Of a stretch of 64,000 nucleotides of DNA, positions 29,869 to 41,207 are shown in pieces. The notes below the pieces were generated by a model. That model saw only the letters and a program-made list of their open reading frames with translations, made no database searches and was not told the origin of the DNA. Made by a program: the position numbers and the translations under genes. Source of the stretch: Thermoproteota archaeon (GTDB lineage Archaea; Thermoproteota; Thermoprotei_A; Sulfolobales; Ignisphaeraceae). Every line of letters begins with the position of its first letter. The stretch's first letter is position 1. The stretch lies in contig JAUQPB010000003.1 of the NCBI GenBank assembly GCA_030550585.1, positions 132,333 through 196,332 on the forward strand. Reading direction: 5' to 3'.

Positions 29869-30873
29869 TCAAAACTGTTTTGGCATCACCTTAGCCTCTA
29901 TACCCAACTGTGTTCTAACTAATGATGCGAATTTCTCGGCATAGGCGCTTCTCGAACCATCTACTACTAGTAGTTCTGGTCTTGATTCATCAACGTAGTA
30001 GAGAATGTCATTAAAGTCTGCATGGCCACTAATCCCAACAATCCATGTATTACCAGAATTCAATTTGTAGATTGTTTTCGCAAACCTTCCCGTTAGAATT
30101 ATGTGAAAACTTACGCCATTTCTATAACTTTTTGATGATGATATATGATTTACTTCTATGAACCATCCCATCCTCTTAATTTCTTCAGCTTCTCTAGACC
30201 CCAATGGAAAGACATCTTGAATGCTATACCCATATCTCTCCAAAACTTTATGAACTTTCCAATGAGAATGTGATAAAAGGAATGGTGCATCAACACCATA
30301 TTCTCTAAGCCTTGCCATAACCTCTTGAGCCTTGCCATAGTATGCATATAGAGCTACCGATCCCTGACTCAACAGTTTTCTTATGAGATCTATAAATTTT
30401 TGCCATATAGCTTCATCCCCTTCTCTAACATATGCTGGATCCCCATAAGTCGCATCAATAACTAGGACATTGGGTTCTTTAACAATAACCGTTTTTGTTC
30501 CAGGATTCTTAAAGTCGCTTGTATAAGCAACCACAGTACTGTTCTTCTCAGCAACTATCTGTGCGGAACCTGGTATGTGGTCAGCATACAAAAGTCGTAT
30601 TTTCGTATCGTTGAAGACCAGAGTTTGATTGTATTCTAGTGCAACCTTCTTTACTTTGGGTATGGAATAGCCTAAGGCATCCAAAAGATCAATAGTTATT
30701 GGAGTCCCAATAACATGTTTACACAGTAGCACACTCTTGTTCAAGTCTATTGTATGATCGCTATGAATATGTGTTACAGCCCTTGTTATACAACCATTTG
30801 AATGACCATCAACACATATTCTGCTGAAAAAGGTGATGGCCCCATTCAGATCAATGTTAACGCTTTCTTGCAT
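29869..30873 (-). CDS. MBL-fold (beta-CASP-like) nuclease
   Basis: THIHSDH, HIPGS, YTSDF, DATYG, SGHAD. Confidence 0.88.
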   Translation of the reverse strand: MQESVNIDLNGAITFFSRICVDGHSNGCITRAVTHIHSDHTIDLNKSVLLCKHVIGTPITIDLLDALGYSIPKVKKVALEYNQTLVFNDTKIRLLYADHIPGSAQIVAEKNSTVVAYTSDFKNPGTKTVIVKEPNVLVIDATYGDPAYVREGDEAIWQKFIDLIRKLLSQGSVALYAYYGKAQEVMARLREYGVDAPFLLSHSHWKVHKVLERYGYSIQDVFPLGSREAEEIKRMGWFIEVNHISSSKSYRNGVSFHIILTGRFAKTIYKLNSGNTWIVGISGHADFNDILYYVDESRPELLVVDGSRSAYAEKFASLVRTQLGIEAKVMPKQF

Positions 30874-30921
30874 TACTAGAAACCTGCTAAATCCTCTAGC
30901 GAAAATGTGGACATGAGAAAC

Positions 30922-31992
30922 CTATAAAACCTTATCGGCTTCTCCATATTCACCAGAGTTTTCATCGCCTATGTCAATGTCGTTCCAGGATACAGGGGGG
31001 TTGCCATATCTAATAATAGGCTTATCTAGCTTTGAGAGTAACACGACTCTACTAGGAATACTCTCAGAGACAACACTATATCCTATTCTATCTGCAAGCA
31101 TTGAAGCAACTGCTTTAACCTCGCTATGTGTAGGCATGTCACTGCGAGAAAGCCTTGTTATAGATGCGCCTATATGCATATAGGCTTTGACCTCCACAAA
31201 TGTTGGCTGGGCAATTGTCAGAAGCTTGGCCCATGCATTTACAGCTCTCTCGTGCATATTAAAGCTTCTGACAATAGTTATCCTAACAACTGTAGGGGAT
31301 GTAAAGCTTGGCAATAGCTCTAAAGTCTCTAGGGTTTTTCTCCAAAGAGCCTTAGATATTGGATTGTTGAAATAATTGTAGCTATCATAATCGTAAGCCT
31401 CTAGAGATATGTAGAGCTGAGTAGGCTCTTCATCTAAATTCGCTAGTACATCTGGTCTAATGCCTCTTGTCACGAGAAATGTTGTCAAACCCTTTTTATG
31501 GAACTCCCTTATCAGTTCTCCTAATCGGGGGTATAGAGTTGGTTCGCCTGTTAAGCTTATGGCTACATGCTTTGGATTGAGTGCCTCTTCAAACATTTTC
31601 TTATCGACATTAGGATACCTCCTATATCCACTTACAGTTCTTCTATGCTCTTTTATAGCCATTTCAACTAAAAACCTAGGATCATCTATTTGATCAGGGA
31701 ATTTAAACCATGTCTCATCCCATTGATCTCTCGATCTATAGCGCCAACAGTGAAGACAGTAGTTCCAGCACCATAGAACAGACGGCGAAAACTGTATACA
31801 TCTATGCGATTCTATGCCATAGAACTTAGCCTTATAACAGAACATTCTCTCTGTAAGAGCCTTGTGAACCCAGTAGCATTTTTTTACAGCGCTATGAGCT
31901 CCTATTATGTGATATTTCTGTTTCTTTAGAACTTCAAATGCTTTTATAAAAGGATTTAGCACACTAGATGAAAGGGTTCCCATTCTCATCAC
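30922..31992 (-). CDS. taw1: 4-demethylwyosine synthase (Taw1/TYW1), radical SAM
   Basis: HSAVKKCYW, CYK..FYGIESHRC, CWNYCLHCWR, ISLTGEPTLYP, EVKAYM. Confidence 0.96.
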   Translation of the reverse strand: MMRMGTLSSSVLNPFIKAFEVLKKQKYHIIGAHSAVKKCYWVHKALTERMFCYKAKFYGIESHRCIQFSPSVLWCWNYCLHCWRYRSRDQWDETWFKFPDQIDDPRFLVEMAIKEHRRTVSGYRRYPNVDKKMFEEALNPKHVAISLTGEPTLYPRLGELIREFHKKGLTTFLVTRGIRPDVLANLDEEPTQLYISLEAYDYDSYNYFNNPISKALWRKTLETLELLPSFTSPTVVRITIVRSFNMHERAVNAWAKLLTIAQPTFVEVKAYMHIGASITRLSRSDMPTHSEVKAVASMLADRIGYSVVSESIPSRVVLLSKLDKPIIRYGNPPVSWNDIDIGDENSGEYGEADKVL

Positions 31993-32154
31993 AAAGCCAG
32001 CATTAATGACGATTTTGCTGAGTTAACTTAGGCTTTTCCCAATTTATATTTTTAACGTATGCTACTATTATTTTGGTCTAAAAGCTCTGCATAACAACTA
32101 TTTATAAAATTTTTGATTAGATTCTATCTCAGGTACGCTGTTATAGGTGCTAGA

Positions 32155-33156
32155 ATGACTGCGAAGGCATTCGTGATATATCATGGTGACTGCGACGGCG
32201 TTATCTCAGCAGGATTGTACATTAGACATTTCTTGCTAGATTATGTTCCCAGCAATATTATGCTGAAATATTCACAGCCATGGCGTTTACAAGAAGATTT
32301 AGATAAATGTTTAAAGAATTTGAAAAATGCAGAAATTCTTGTGTTACTCGATCTAGCGATAGGCGCAAGTGTTGCTAGCAAAATCAAAGAGATTGTTCGT
32401 AAAAACGAGCACATTAACATAGTTATAGTAGACCACCATTCATCGTCTATAGCAGCACTAAAAGATATTCAAGAACTAGAACCTAGGGTAAAGGTGCTTT
32501 GGAGCAAAGCTCAATCGACACCTGAAGTCTTAGCACATACTATAATAAGAAATTTAAATGAATTTGAGGAAGTTCTTGTTAAAGTGGCGAATGTTTGCGA
32601 AGGTGGTTCTGCAAATGAGCCTTATATTCGTGAGATTGCTGATAAAATAAAACTTGTTTTGGCTGTTGAGCCAACTAATGAGCCTTTGATTAAGGGTGCT
32701 GTCGAGGCTATTATAAAGGGAAGCGATTTTTGGAATTCTAAAGAATTCAATGAAAAGTACTCTAAAGCTAAGTGGCTTTTACAAACCCTTTTAAAGAGAA
32801 TAGAAGAAAGAGTTGAGCATGTATGTGATTGGAGTATTGCTACGTTTAGTGCAGCTGAATCCATTATATATGCAGGGTTGTTTGGAATAGCATCATCTGA
32901 ATATATTAAAAAGACCAAACAACCTATTGTAATAGTAAGAGAGGAAGAGGAAAAAATCGTGGTAACGGTACGTTCATTAAATGAGCAAGCCTTAGAATTT
33001 TGCAAGAGTTTTGCTTCAACATATGGAAATGACATGAACATAATTTATGGTGGGCACAAAGAGGCTGCTTCAATGACTATAAAAACAGGTAAATCCCTAG
33101 CCGAGTTTGTGACAATAATTAAAAATTTTATTAAAGAAAGATGTTGCCGTAAGTAG
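32155..33156 (+). CDS. DHH/DHHA1-family phosphoesterase
   Basis: YHGDCDG, LLDL, VDHH, GGHKEAAS; start set to MTAK after a GGTG SD. Confidence 0.85.
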   Translation: MTAKAFVIYHGDCDGVISAGLYIRHFLLDYVPSNIMLKYSQPWRLQEDLDKCLKNLKNAEILVLLDLAIGASVASKIKEIVRKNEHINIVIVDHHSSSIAALKDIQELEPRVKVLWSKAQSTPEVLAHTIIRNLNEFEEVLVKVANVCEGGSANEPYIREIADKIKLVLAVEPTNEPLIKGAVEAIIKGSDFWNSKEFNEKYSKAKWLLQTLLKRIEERVEHVCDWSIATFSAAESIIYAGLFGIASSEYIKKTKQPIVIVREEEEKIVVTVRSLNEQALEFCKSFASTYGNDMNIIYGGHKEAASMTIKTGKSLAEFVTIIKNFIKERCCRK

Positions 33157-33158
33157 AT

Positions 33159-33932
33159 GTGGCCATGTGCATAAATATAGATATTGCGAGCCCCTGCCCA
33201 AGTATAATTACAAAATTAAACGAGTTAAAGAACAGGTATGTGATAATTATTGTTGGCGAAATGATTATTGAGTACATCGGCAGAGCAACATCGTATGCTC
33301 AAATCGGTTCTCGACTACTTATCACAAAACCAGATGGCAGTATATTAGTACATGATGCAACAAAGGTCGAGCCACTCAACTGGCAACCGCCAAAATCCTA
33401 TATACACTATGAGTGTAGAGATGATAAAATATTTGTTAGATCGTTTAGGAAAAACCCTCAAGAGGAGGTACTCATAGAGATCAGCAAGGTTTACCTAATA
33501 TCATTATGTCAACTAACATCAGCAAAACCTGTGGTAATAGGAAAGGAAAGCGATATCGTTAAAATGATCATGGCAAATGCTAGTATTATTGATCCAAACG
33601 CTAAGATTTTGGGCACAGATGTTGCAACATCATATGGAAAGATAGATGTTTTGCTTAAGAAAGAGGATGGGACTCTTATAGTTGTTGAGGTAAAGAACGA
33701 AAAGGCAGGTGTATCTGCGGTACTTCAATTAAAGAGATATGTCGATTTTTACAAGGATAAGGGATTAAAGGTGGAGGGAGTTCTAGTAGCTCCTTCGATA
33801 ACCACCGACGCATTTACACTTCTTCATAAGGAGGGCATGCAGTTCATAGATTTGAGAAAACTACTACAAGAATTTAGTGTTGGATTCGCAGAAAACCGGA
33901 TAAGTATATTAAAAAGTGAGCGAGAACATTAG
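33159..33932 (+). CDS. nucS: Mismatch-specific endonuclease NucS/EndoMS
   Basis: EYIGRA, KPDGSILVH, PLNWQPP, GKIDVL, VVEVK, QLKRYV. Confidence 0.95.
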   Translation: MAMCINIDIASPCPSIITKLNELKNRYVIIIVGEMIIEYIGRATSYAQIGSRLLITKPDGSILVHDATKVEPLNWQPPKSYIHYECRDDKIFVRSFRKNPQEEVLIEISKVYLISLCQLTSAKPVVIGKESDIVKMIMANASIIDPNAKILGTDVATSYGKIDVLLKKEDGTLIVVEVKNEKAGVSAVLQLKRYVDFYKDKGLKVEGVLVAPSITTDAFTLLHKEGMQFIDLRKLLQEFSVGFAENRISILKSEREH

Positions 33933-33943
33933 AAGTAGATAGG

Positions 33944-34366
33944 ATGAAAATTATGGCAGTCGATGAACATTTGTACTTAGAAGGAGTTCCATTAGCATTT
34001 AAAGACAGTATTAGGATAAAAGAGTTTAGAGAAGATAGAACAAATAAATGCATTGAGTTTCTACATGAGTTGACATCCGATTTTCTTGATCAATATAATA
34101 ATGTTCATGGATCGGCACTCGCATTATTATCTGTTTTAGCAGCAGAGAATGTTGCTAAAACACAGATTTTCGGGGATGAATATCTCGTAGCAATTTCCCA
34201 TACCATAAACTTTGTTTCACAACCAGAGACCTTAGCAGATTTGGAAATAAGGTCATGTGTGATTGGAAAAGGGGGTAAGATCATACATGTACAAACTACT
34301 ATAACATGCAATGGTAAAGAGCTTGCAAACGCACTAACGGTATTTGTTGTAGAGGAAAGTGTATAG
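33944..34366 (+). CDS. PaaI-family hotdog-fold thioesterase-like protein
   Basis: NVHGSALA, HTINFV, GKGGKIIHV. Confidence 0.75.
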   Translation: MKIMAVDEHLYLEGVPLAFKDSIRIKEFREDRTNKCIEFLHELTSDFLDQYNNVHGSALALLSVLAAENVAKTQIFGDEYLVAISHTINFVSQPETLADLEIRSCVIGKGGKIIHVQTTITCNGKELANALTVFVVEESV

Positions 34367-34368
34367 CG

Positions 34369-35295
34369 ATGGAGCTCAACCTAATTGGTTTTGAAAGCCT
34401 TGGTGTAAGATCCCAAGCAACATTTATTCAGGTAAAAAATGCCAACATCTTTATAGATCCCTCAGCAGCTCTTGCTCCAAGACGCTATGGTTTACCACCA
34501 CACCGATTAGAGGCTAAGAGACTCTTGGAGATATTTGATAAGATACAGGATTATCTCATAGACTCTGATTATATTATTATAACCCATTATCATTATGACC
34601 ATCACGACCCTGGCAGATTCATTGACCCAGCACTATTTAGAGGAAAAACCATTTTATTAAAGGATTTTGAGAAGAATATCAACTTTTCACAGAGGATCAG
34701 AGCCTATAGATTCATAAAAATGGTTAAGGATTTTGCAAACAACATTAAAGTATGCGATGGCAAAACATTTGAAATCGGTTCAAATAAAATCAATTTCAGT
34801 AAACCTCTGCCCCACGGATCAAATACTAGATTAGGATTCGTTGTTTCTGTATGCATTAAAGATGATTATGAAGTGTTATTTACATCAGATATAGAAGGTG
34901 GTTCCAGCCAAGAGCATTCCTTTCTATACGACTTTTGCAAACCCTACATCGCCATTGTAGATGGGCCTCCAACATATTTAATGGGGTATTCATTTTCAGA
35001 GGAAGAGTTGAACAATTCTTTAAACTTTCTCAAAACTTTCATTAGTAAAAACCTTGGTACACTTAGACAAATTGTTCTTGATCACCATATATTTCGAGAC
35101 GCTAATTATGTATCAGTTGTTCAAAACTTAAGAAGTTATAGTACCCACATCGAAATAAAGACAGCAGCAGAATTAATGGGTCTTGAGCCACAACCGCTTG
35201 AAGCCTTCAGAAAAGGTTTATATACGGTAAGCAATGAGAGTGGTCTAGATATGCTGAAAGAGTCTATGAGATATGGTGATAATTTAGATGAGTAA
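34369..35295 (+). CDS. UPF0282 MBL-fold hydrolase
   Basis: ESLGVRS, IDP..ALAPRRYGLPP, THYHYDH, TSD, LDHH. Confidence 0.88.
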   Translation: MELNLIGFESLGVRSQATFIQVKNANIFIDPSAALAPRRYGLPPHRLEAKRLLEIFDKIQDYLIDSDYIIITHYHYDHHDPGRFIDPALFRGKTILLKDFEKNINFSQRIRAYRFIKMVKDFANNIKVCDGKTFEIGSNKINFSKPLPHGSNTRLGFVVSVCIKDDYEVLFTSDIEGGSSQEHSFLYDFCKPYIAIVDGPPTYLMGYSFSEEELNNSLNFLKTFISKNLGTLRQIVLDHHIFRDANYVSVVQNLRSYSTHIEIKTAAELMGLEPQPLEAFRKGLYTVSNESGLDMLKESMRYGDNLDE

Positions 35296-35983
35296 CTTCA
35301 TCAACATTATTGTTCTTAGCGATGCGCATGGAAGGCTTGATTTAATTGAAAAAATATTAAATGATGTTTCTAGTGAAATCGATTTAGTTGTATACTGCGG
35401 TGATATTGCCCCATATCGCCAACATTTAGATACAATTAACTACATAACCAAGTTTATAAAATATGCTGAAAGGTTTAACATTTCTAAGATTCTTGCAGTA
35501 CCTGGCAATGTTGATGATCCGAGACATTATTATGAGGCTAGCATGAATAACAACATTTTTGTGAATATTCATGAGAATTTCTACACGTACAAAGAGTATG
35601 TCTTTGTTGGTTTTGGAGGATCAAATATAACACCTTTCAATACCTTCTTTGAAAATACTGAAGATACTATAGAAAAGAAGCTTGTTGCTCTCCTAGAGAA
35701 TATTAACAATAGAAACAAGCTCATCTTAGTAACTCACGTCCCACCATACAATACGAAATGCGATGTTATATACAGTGGGCAACACATTGGATCCACAGCT
35801 ATCAGAAATATTATTGAGAGATTCAAGCCAATTCTTATATTGTCTGGTCATGTACACGAATCAAGATGTGTAGATAGAGTAGATAATACCATAATTGTTA
35901 ACCCCGGCCCAATGTCAAAAGGATACTATGCTACAGTTAAGCTAGGGGATACAATCGAAGTAGCCCTCAACCAGATTTACTAG
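35288..35983 (+). CDS. Calcineurin-like metallophosphoesterase
   Basis: SDAHG, CGD, PGNVD, THVPP, GHVHE, NPG. Confidence 0.9.
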   Translation: MSNFINIIVLSDAHGRLDLIEKILNDVSSEIDLVVYCGDIAPYRQHLDTINYITKFIKYAERFNISKILAVPGNVDDPRHYYEASMNNNIFVNIHENFYTYKEYVFVGFGGSNITPFNTFFENTEDTIEKKLVALLENINNRNKLILVTHVPPYNTKCDVIYSGQHIGSTAIRNIIERFKPILILSGHVHESRCVDRVDNTIIVNPGPMSKGYYATVKLGDTIEVALNQIY

Positions 35984-36359
35984 CAACAGCACTTCTAATG
36001 GTACTCGCTTTTCCAGGATCAAGCTCCTCTATGCTTTCAATATATTCCTCTACCTTGTCTAATGGAACCACAACTACACTATCCTCCGTAACATCTAGTA
36101 AAACATCATCCAATACATATATTGATTCTACGACATCATAAGAGCTTTGCATATGCATTGCTATCACATTGGGTGTGACATCTAATATTATTTGTAGGAT
36201 ACAGGCACAGCAACTGTTTAATGTGATTATATCTATGGGCTTCTCCGGTTCTAGGCTATCGGCGCAATAGCTTAGACTTGAACATGTGGGACACTGCATG
36301 TAAATGTCTTGGCCTTTTCTAAACACATCTTTTACAATATCACTCCATCTAGGCCTCAA
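35967..36359 (-). CDS. Hypothetical Cys-rich protein
   Basis: CPTC..C..CCAC; 15-nt gap after tmcA with a GGAGG SD. Confidence 0.65.
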   Translation of the reverse strand: MRPRWSDIVKDVFRKGQDIYMQCPTCSSLSYCADSLEPEKPIDIITLNSCCACILQIILDVTPNVIAMHMQSSYDVVESIYVLDDVLLDVTEDSVVVVPLDKVEEYIESIEELDPGKASTIRSAVASKSG

Positions 36360-36374
36360 TTTAGTTACCCTCCC

Positions 36375-38858
36375 CTATTTTTCGATATAGTCACTCAATG
36401 ATATCCTACCTAAAAGTTTGTCTATATTATTTTCATTTATCGCAAAGAAGTGGGCCAAAATCTTAGATATTATTCTTCTCATATCGTCAATAAGCTTGGC
36501 TTTTTTAACCCCCAACAAACCTGCACACTGATCCCATGGTAACCCCTGCAACGTTTTTAATATAGTTAATTTCTCTTCCAACGGCTCTAACACCCTACAA
36601 CCTTTTTGAGATTTCCAATAATGCTTTATAACGATTGTTATAACATCGCAGCAAGATTCATACGTCATATACCCTTCCACATAACTTAGTAGTCTATCTA
36701 TTTGAATTGGTGTTAAAGGAGGTTCTTTACAAACATTTGCATCCATTTTATTGAATGTATTTAGAAGTTGCCATGCCACATCAACTTCTAGATCCCTATA
36801 GGTATCATGCATACTCTCAATCAATTTTTCAACAAATTCTCTGTGCAGTATTTCGACAATGCGTTGCCATTTATCATTTAGAGGTTTTAAAACGAGGACT
36901 GTGTACTCTGCACTAACAGGGTTTCTATCAGGCGATATGTGTAGAGGTATAAACCCATTTTTTATCCAGAAATTAAGCAGTTCTCCTGTTGCTCCAAAGC
37001 CGCTTCCTATCCAGTCATAGCCTCTTTCACTAGTCTCTTTAACAAGCTCATTTAGTAGAAAAGAGCCTATCCCCCTTCCTTGAGCATTGGGATGTACAGC
37101 TATTCGTACAATCCTCCACCCCTTTCCAGATCCTATCTCCCTTATCCTCCCATGCTTTAGCAGTCTATCAGGTATTATATTCCCTGGTATCTTACCCCCT
37201 CTCAACAGAGAATCTATATATTCATCTGATATAGGACCTTCTTCAGCAAGTTGAGCTGCCGCAACTATTTTACCATTCTCAAGAGCCAACGCTCTTATGC
37301 TATGATGCGGTGCGTCAGCCATCATCGCCAGGTCGTCTGGTTCATTTCTATAATGGGCCAATACATATATGCCAAAAAGACTCTTCAAAATTTTTTCATT
37401 CTCCAAGGTGAATAAAGACTCTGGTTGTAGCTTTAGGTAAACAAATCTCTTTTCCTCAATTAGCTTCATGTCATCTTCTGTCAACTCATCTGGTTCTGCA
37501 TCAAGTAAGAGCGCTCTGAACTGCCATTTCTCAATAGGATCATTACTTGCATATCTTATGGGCTCCTCCATCTCAAATAGCATCAACTTTGTCTCTTTAT
37601 CTTCTTTAATCCTCTTCAAGAACCTTATTGAAAAACCTCTGCCAGCACCCTCATAACCATGAATTGTTGTAGCAAAAATCGTTCTTTTGAATTTGTTCCA
37701 TATTTTATGGAGAAGAGGAACAGGTATCCCAGCTGCCTCATCAACAACAGCTATATCAACATCTAGTTTCGGTATTACAGCCGGCTCCCAATATTCAATA
37801 CTAAATCTATCGCCTCTTATTTCATATACCATACCATTTCTTTCAAACCTTTTATATTTCAGGCCTATGGCATCAAGAGCCCTCATAGCCAATAGCATTA
37901 GCGATTGAACATTGCTTAGAGAGGGGGCCGTAACAGCTATTCTTATTCTGTTCTTGACGTCCAAGAGAGCGTTAATCAATCCAGCCAACCCAATTCCAAT
38001 TGCACATGATTTACCTCTACCCCTATCAGCAATGTATATTGCTGTAATTCTTTTAAAGGGCTTTTTAGGAGGGTCAATGAAATTCTCTAAAATCTTGACA
38101 GCTTCTACCTGATCTTGTGTTAAAGCCAGCTTGTATAACTCTACCGGAAATTTTGACTCGGTAGGTAGTTTTATCTCCTTCCTCCCAGAGGTTTTTAGAT
38201 TAATGCTATCCATTTTTATGATCTCATCAGCATCAATATCATATATGAACACCCCAGGACTGTTTAAGGTAACATCTTTAAACCATTTAACAAAGATTTT
38301 TCTGGGTTCTGGATGCTGTGGAACCGTTAAAGACATTTGGAATAGATTTTTTCTATCGTGCCACTCACTCCATTTGGGAGCTAATAAGACGATTATACCT
38401 CCTCCCTCGACCACCCCAACAAGTCTTCCAATATCTAGTGGCCGCAAACTATTTATAAGATCCATTATCAGAGCTTGGTAAGTGGTTCCCAAATACTTGT
38501 CAGAGTTCTCATATACTGCAAGCTCTATTTTTGCATTAATTTTCTTTTTCTTGATATAACTTTTAACCAATGAATTGAATATAGTCTTTCTAAGGTTGGC
38601 ATCATCAAATTCGTCGTGGTATACATAAAGTATTCTTGCATAATCTTTATGGCTAAGAAAAATCCTTAGAAAATTTATTACAATGTCTGACAACATTATT
38701 GCCTGTTTTCTATGATCGTCACCAGCAAGTATGAGTAGCAATCTATACCTATTTTCAATAGCTTTGCGAAGTTCATTTAAGATATGCCCTCTAAACTGTC
38801 TATAGTTCTTTCTCTTAAGATGCTTTGCTATCTCATCTCTTTTAATCATCCTCATCAC
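36375..38858 (-). CDS. tmcA: tRNA/rRNA cytidine N4-acetyltransferase TmcA (Nat10)
   Basis: ADRGRGKS, DEAA, TTIHGYEGAGRGF, AHYRNEPDDL, RIAVHP..QGRGIGS. Confidence 0.96.
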   Translation of the reverse strand: MMRMIKRDEIAKHLKRKNYRQFRGHILNELRKAIENRYRLLLILAGDDHRKQAIMLSDIVINFLRIFLSHKDYARILYVYHDEFDDANLRKTIFNSLVKSYIKKKKINAKIELAVYENSDKYLGTTYQALIMDLINSLRPLDIGRLVGVVEGGGIIVLLAPKWSEWHDRKNLFQMSLTVPQHPEPRKIFVKWFKDVTLNSPGVFIYDIDADEIIKMDSINLKTSGRKEIKLPTESKFPVELYKLALTQDQVEAVKILENFIDPPKKPFKRITAIYIADRGRGKSCAIGIGLAGLINALLDVKNRIRIAVTAPSLSNVQSLMLLAMRALDAIGLKYKRFERNGMVYEIRGDRFSIEYWEPAVIPKLDVDIAVVDEAAGIPVPLLHKIWNKFKRTIFATTIHGYEGAGRGFSIRFLKRIKEDKETKLMLFEMEEPIRYASNDPIEKWQFRALLLDAEPDELTEDDMKLIEEKRFVYLKLQPESLFTLENEKILKSLFGIYVLAHYRNEPDDLAMMADAPHHSIRALALENGKIVAAAQLAEEGPISDEYIDSLLRGGKIPGNIIPDRLLKHGRIREIGSGKGWRIVRIAVHPNAQGRGIGSFLLNELVKETSERGYDWIGSGFGATGELLNFWIKNGFIPLHISPDRNPVSAEYTVLVLKPLNDKWQRIVEILHREFVEKLIESMHDTYRDLEVDVAWQLLNTFNKMDANVCKEPPLTPIQIDRLLSYVEGYMTYESCCDVITIVIKHYWKSQKGCRVLEPLEEKLTILKTLQGLPWDQCAGLLGVKKAKLIDDMRRIISKILAHFFAINENNIDKLLGRISLSDYIEK

Positions 38859-38961
38859 TGCCTAATCTTGCAAGACATACTTTAAGAACTCAAGCAAGGC
38901 TCAAACCTCTTTGGTTTATCTGGTTTAAAAAATATGAGGTCTTTGGAATGAATAATGACCT

Positions 38962-41184
38962 TCACATGTACATAATTCTTCTCGACAACTCCTCTTGAAT
39001 CTTTTCATATGCCTCAAGTCTATCTTTTGTAAGACTGGGTTTCACATATTCCATTGCCTTTATGAAGTATTTGAATGATATTGGTCTTGGAGTCAAATCC
39101 TCTCTTAGTGCAAGCATCACAGCCTCTCTTACTAGTGCTTCTAAGTCCGCTCCGCTATAGCCCTCAGTCTTTTTCGCAAGTTCAATTAGATCGACGTCTT
39201 CGGCTAGTGGAATCTTCCTTGTATGTATCTTCAATATTTCATACCTTGCTCTGAGATCTGGCGGAGGAACATATATTATTCTATCGAATCTCCCAGGTCT
39301 TAATAGCGCAGGGTCTAAGAGATCTGGTCTATTGGTAGCACCTATGACAACAACCCCTCTCAACGCCTCAATGCCGTCCATTTCAGTAAGCAGCTGATTC
39401 ACTATCCTATCTGTAACACCGGACACGTCATGACCTCTTATCGGTGCTATAGCATCAATCTCGTCAAAGAATATTATAGTTGGTGCAGCTTTTCTAGCTC
39501 TCTTGAAAATCTCTCTTATAGCTTTCTCTGATTCTCCAACCCACTTGCTTAACACCTCAGGTCCTTTCACTGCTATGAAGTTGGCACCACTTTCTGTTGC
39601 AGCAGCTTTCGCCAAGAGAGTCTTTCCACAACCTGGTGGGCCATAGAGAAGAATACCCTTGGGAGGTCTTATACCCATTTGCTCAAATATATGAGGATAT
39701 TTTATTGGCCATTCAACCGCCTCTCTGAGTTGCTGTTTAACAAGATCTAGGCCTCCTATATCGTCCCAATGAACCTCTGGAACCTCAATGAGCACTTCTC
39801 TCATGAGCGATGGCGCTATATTCTTCATAGCCCTATAAAAGTCTGCCATGGTGACCTTCAGTTTTTGTAGCAGCTCTGACGGAATTGGCTTATCGAGATC
39901 TATTGCATGTTCTTTAAGGAAGCGCCTAAGAGCATTCATAGCAGCTTCTTTGACAAGTGCTGCAAGGTCTGCTCCTGTATAGCCGTAGGTCATCTCAGCA
40001 AGTTTATCAAGATCAACATCTTCTGCGAGGGGGACATTCCGCGTATGTACAGCAAGTATCTCTCTTCTTGCTCTTTTATCTGGTGGTGGCACCTCAATCT
40101 CTCTATCGAATCTCCCAGGCCTTCTCAATGCAGGATCGACGGCATCTGGTCTATTGGTAGCACCTATAACTATAACCTTTCCTCTCTCCTCCAAACCATC
40201 CATAAGCGCCAAAAGCTGGGCAACAACTCTTTTCTCTACCTCACCTACAACCTCCTCTCTCTTAGGCGCTATAGCATCAATCTCATCAATAAATATTATT
40301 GCAGGGGCATTCTTTTTAGCCTCCTCAAAAATCTGTCTAAGCCTTTGTTCAGACTCCCCATAATATTTAGACATTATCTCGGGGCCATTAATCGCCAAAA
40401 AATATGCGCCCGTCTCATTCGCCAAAGCCTTTGCTAGCAGAGTCTTTCCGACGCCTGGTGGGCCATAGAGAAGAATGCCCTTGGGAGGTTCTATGCCAAG
40501 CCTCTCAAACAGCTCTGGATGTTTCAGAGGAAGCTCAACTATCTCTCTTATCTTCTCCTTCACCTCCTCTAAATCACCTATATCCTCCCATGTAACCCTT
40601 GGCACCCCCGCCGGAGCCCCCCTAACAGGTTCTGGTCTTATAACAATCTCTGTTGACTCTGTAACATAAACTATTTGAGAAGGTGATGTTGATAACACCC
40701 TAAGTCTTATTGGATTTCCAAAGTAACCGAAATACGATGGAACAACTATATCCCCTCTAATCAATGGTTTTTGAAGCAACTCCCTCTTTAAATATTGCGC
40801 CAGATTCTTAGCATAATTAGCATAATATTCCTTGTATCTGATATCGTAATCAGTGCCAAGAAAATCAGATTCATCAAAAGCTAAGACAATCCTTTGAGCA
40901 GGTACAGCATTCGCCTTTTTAACTGATACAACATCACCCACACTAACATTAAGAACTTCTCTCATAAACCCATCTATTCTTATTATCTCGTAGCCATCAT
41001 CCTCAGGATATGCAGGCCAAGCCTGAGCTACAGTAACCCCCTTATTACTTCTAATCTCAATGTAGTCACCAATCTCGATACCAAGCTCCTTAAAAACTTT
41101 GCTTGGCACTCTAGCAATCTTTTTTCCAACATCCCGTTGCTTAGCAGATTCAACCCTTAGCGTAACCTCTTTATCGCCTGACAT
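38962..41184 (-). CDS. cdc48: CDC48/VCP-family AAA+ ATPase
   Basis: N-domain plus two AAA modules ([23 protein letters not shown]). Confidence 0.97.
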   Translation of the reverse strand: MSGDKEVTLRVESAKQRDVGKKIARVPSKVFKELGIEIGDYIEIRSNKGVTVAQAWPAYPEDDGYEIIRIDGFMREVLNVSVGDVVSVKKANAVPAQRIVLAFDESDFLGTDYDIRYKEYYANYAKNLAQYLKRELLQKPLIRGDIVVPSYFGYFGNPIRLRVLSTSPSQIVYVTESTEIVIRPEPVRGAPAGVPRVTWEDIGDLEEVKEKIREIVELPLKHPELFERLGIEPPKGILLYGPPGVGKTLLAKALANETGAYFLAINGPEIMSKYYGESEQRLRQIFEEAKKNAPAIIFIDEIDAIAPKREEVVGEVEKRVVAQLLALMDGLEERGKVIVIGATNRPDAVDPALRRPGRFDREIEVPPPDKRARREILAVHTRNVPLAEDVDLDKLAEMTYGYTGADLAALVKEAAMNALRRFLKEHAIDLDKPIPSELLQKLKVTMADFYRAMKNIAPSLMREVLIEVPEVHWDDIGGLDLVKQQLREAVEWPIKYPHIFEQMGIRPPKGILLYGPPGCGKTLLAKAAATESGANFIAVKGPEVLSKWVGESEKAIREIFKRARKAAPTIIFFDEIDAIAPIRGHDVSGVTDRIVNQLLTEMDGIEALRGVVVIGATNRPDLLDPALLRPGRFDRIIYVPPPDLRARYEILKIHTRKIPLAEDVDLIELAKKTEGYSGADLEALVREAVMLALREDLTPRPISFKYFIKAMEYVKPSLTKDRLEAYEKIQEELSRRIMYM

Positions 41185-41207
41185 AGCAAAGCACTCTCAA
41201 CTGCATT

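Noticed and set aside
32006-32021. ATGACGA-N5-CTGA, a C/D-like K-loop motif between taw1 and the DHH gene
   Set aside because: Only one imperfect box pair with no guide-length spacers; compatible with chance.
39290-40480. Internal DNA repeats in cdc48 (e.g. TCTATCGAATCTCCCAGG, GGTGGGCCATAGAGAAGAAT)
   Set aside because: Explained by the duplicated D1/D2 AAA domains.
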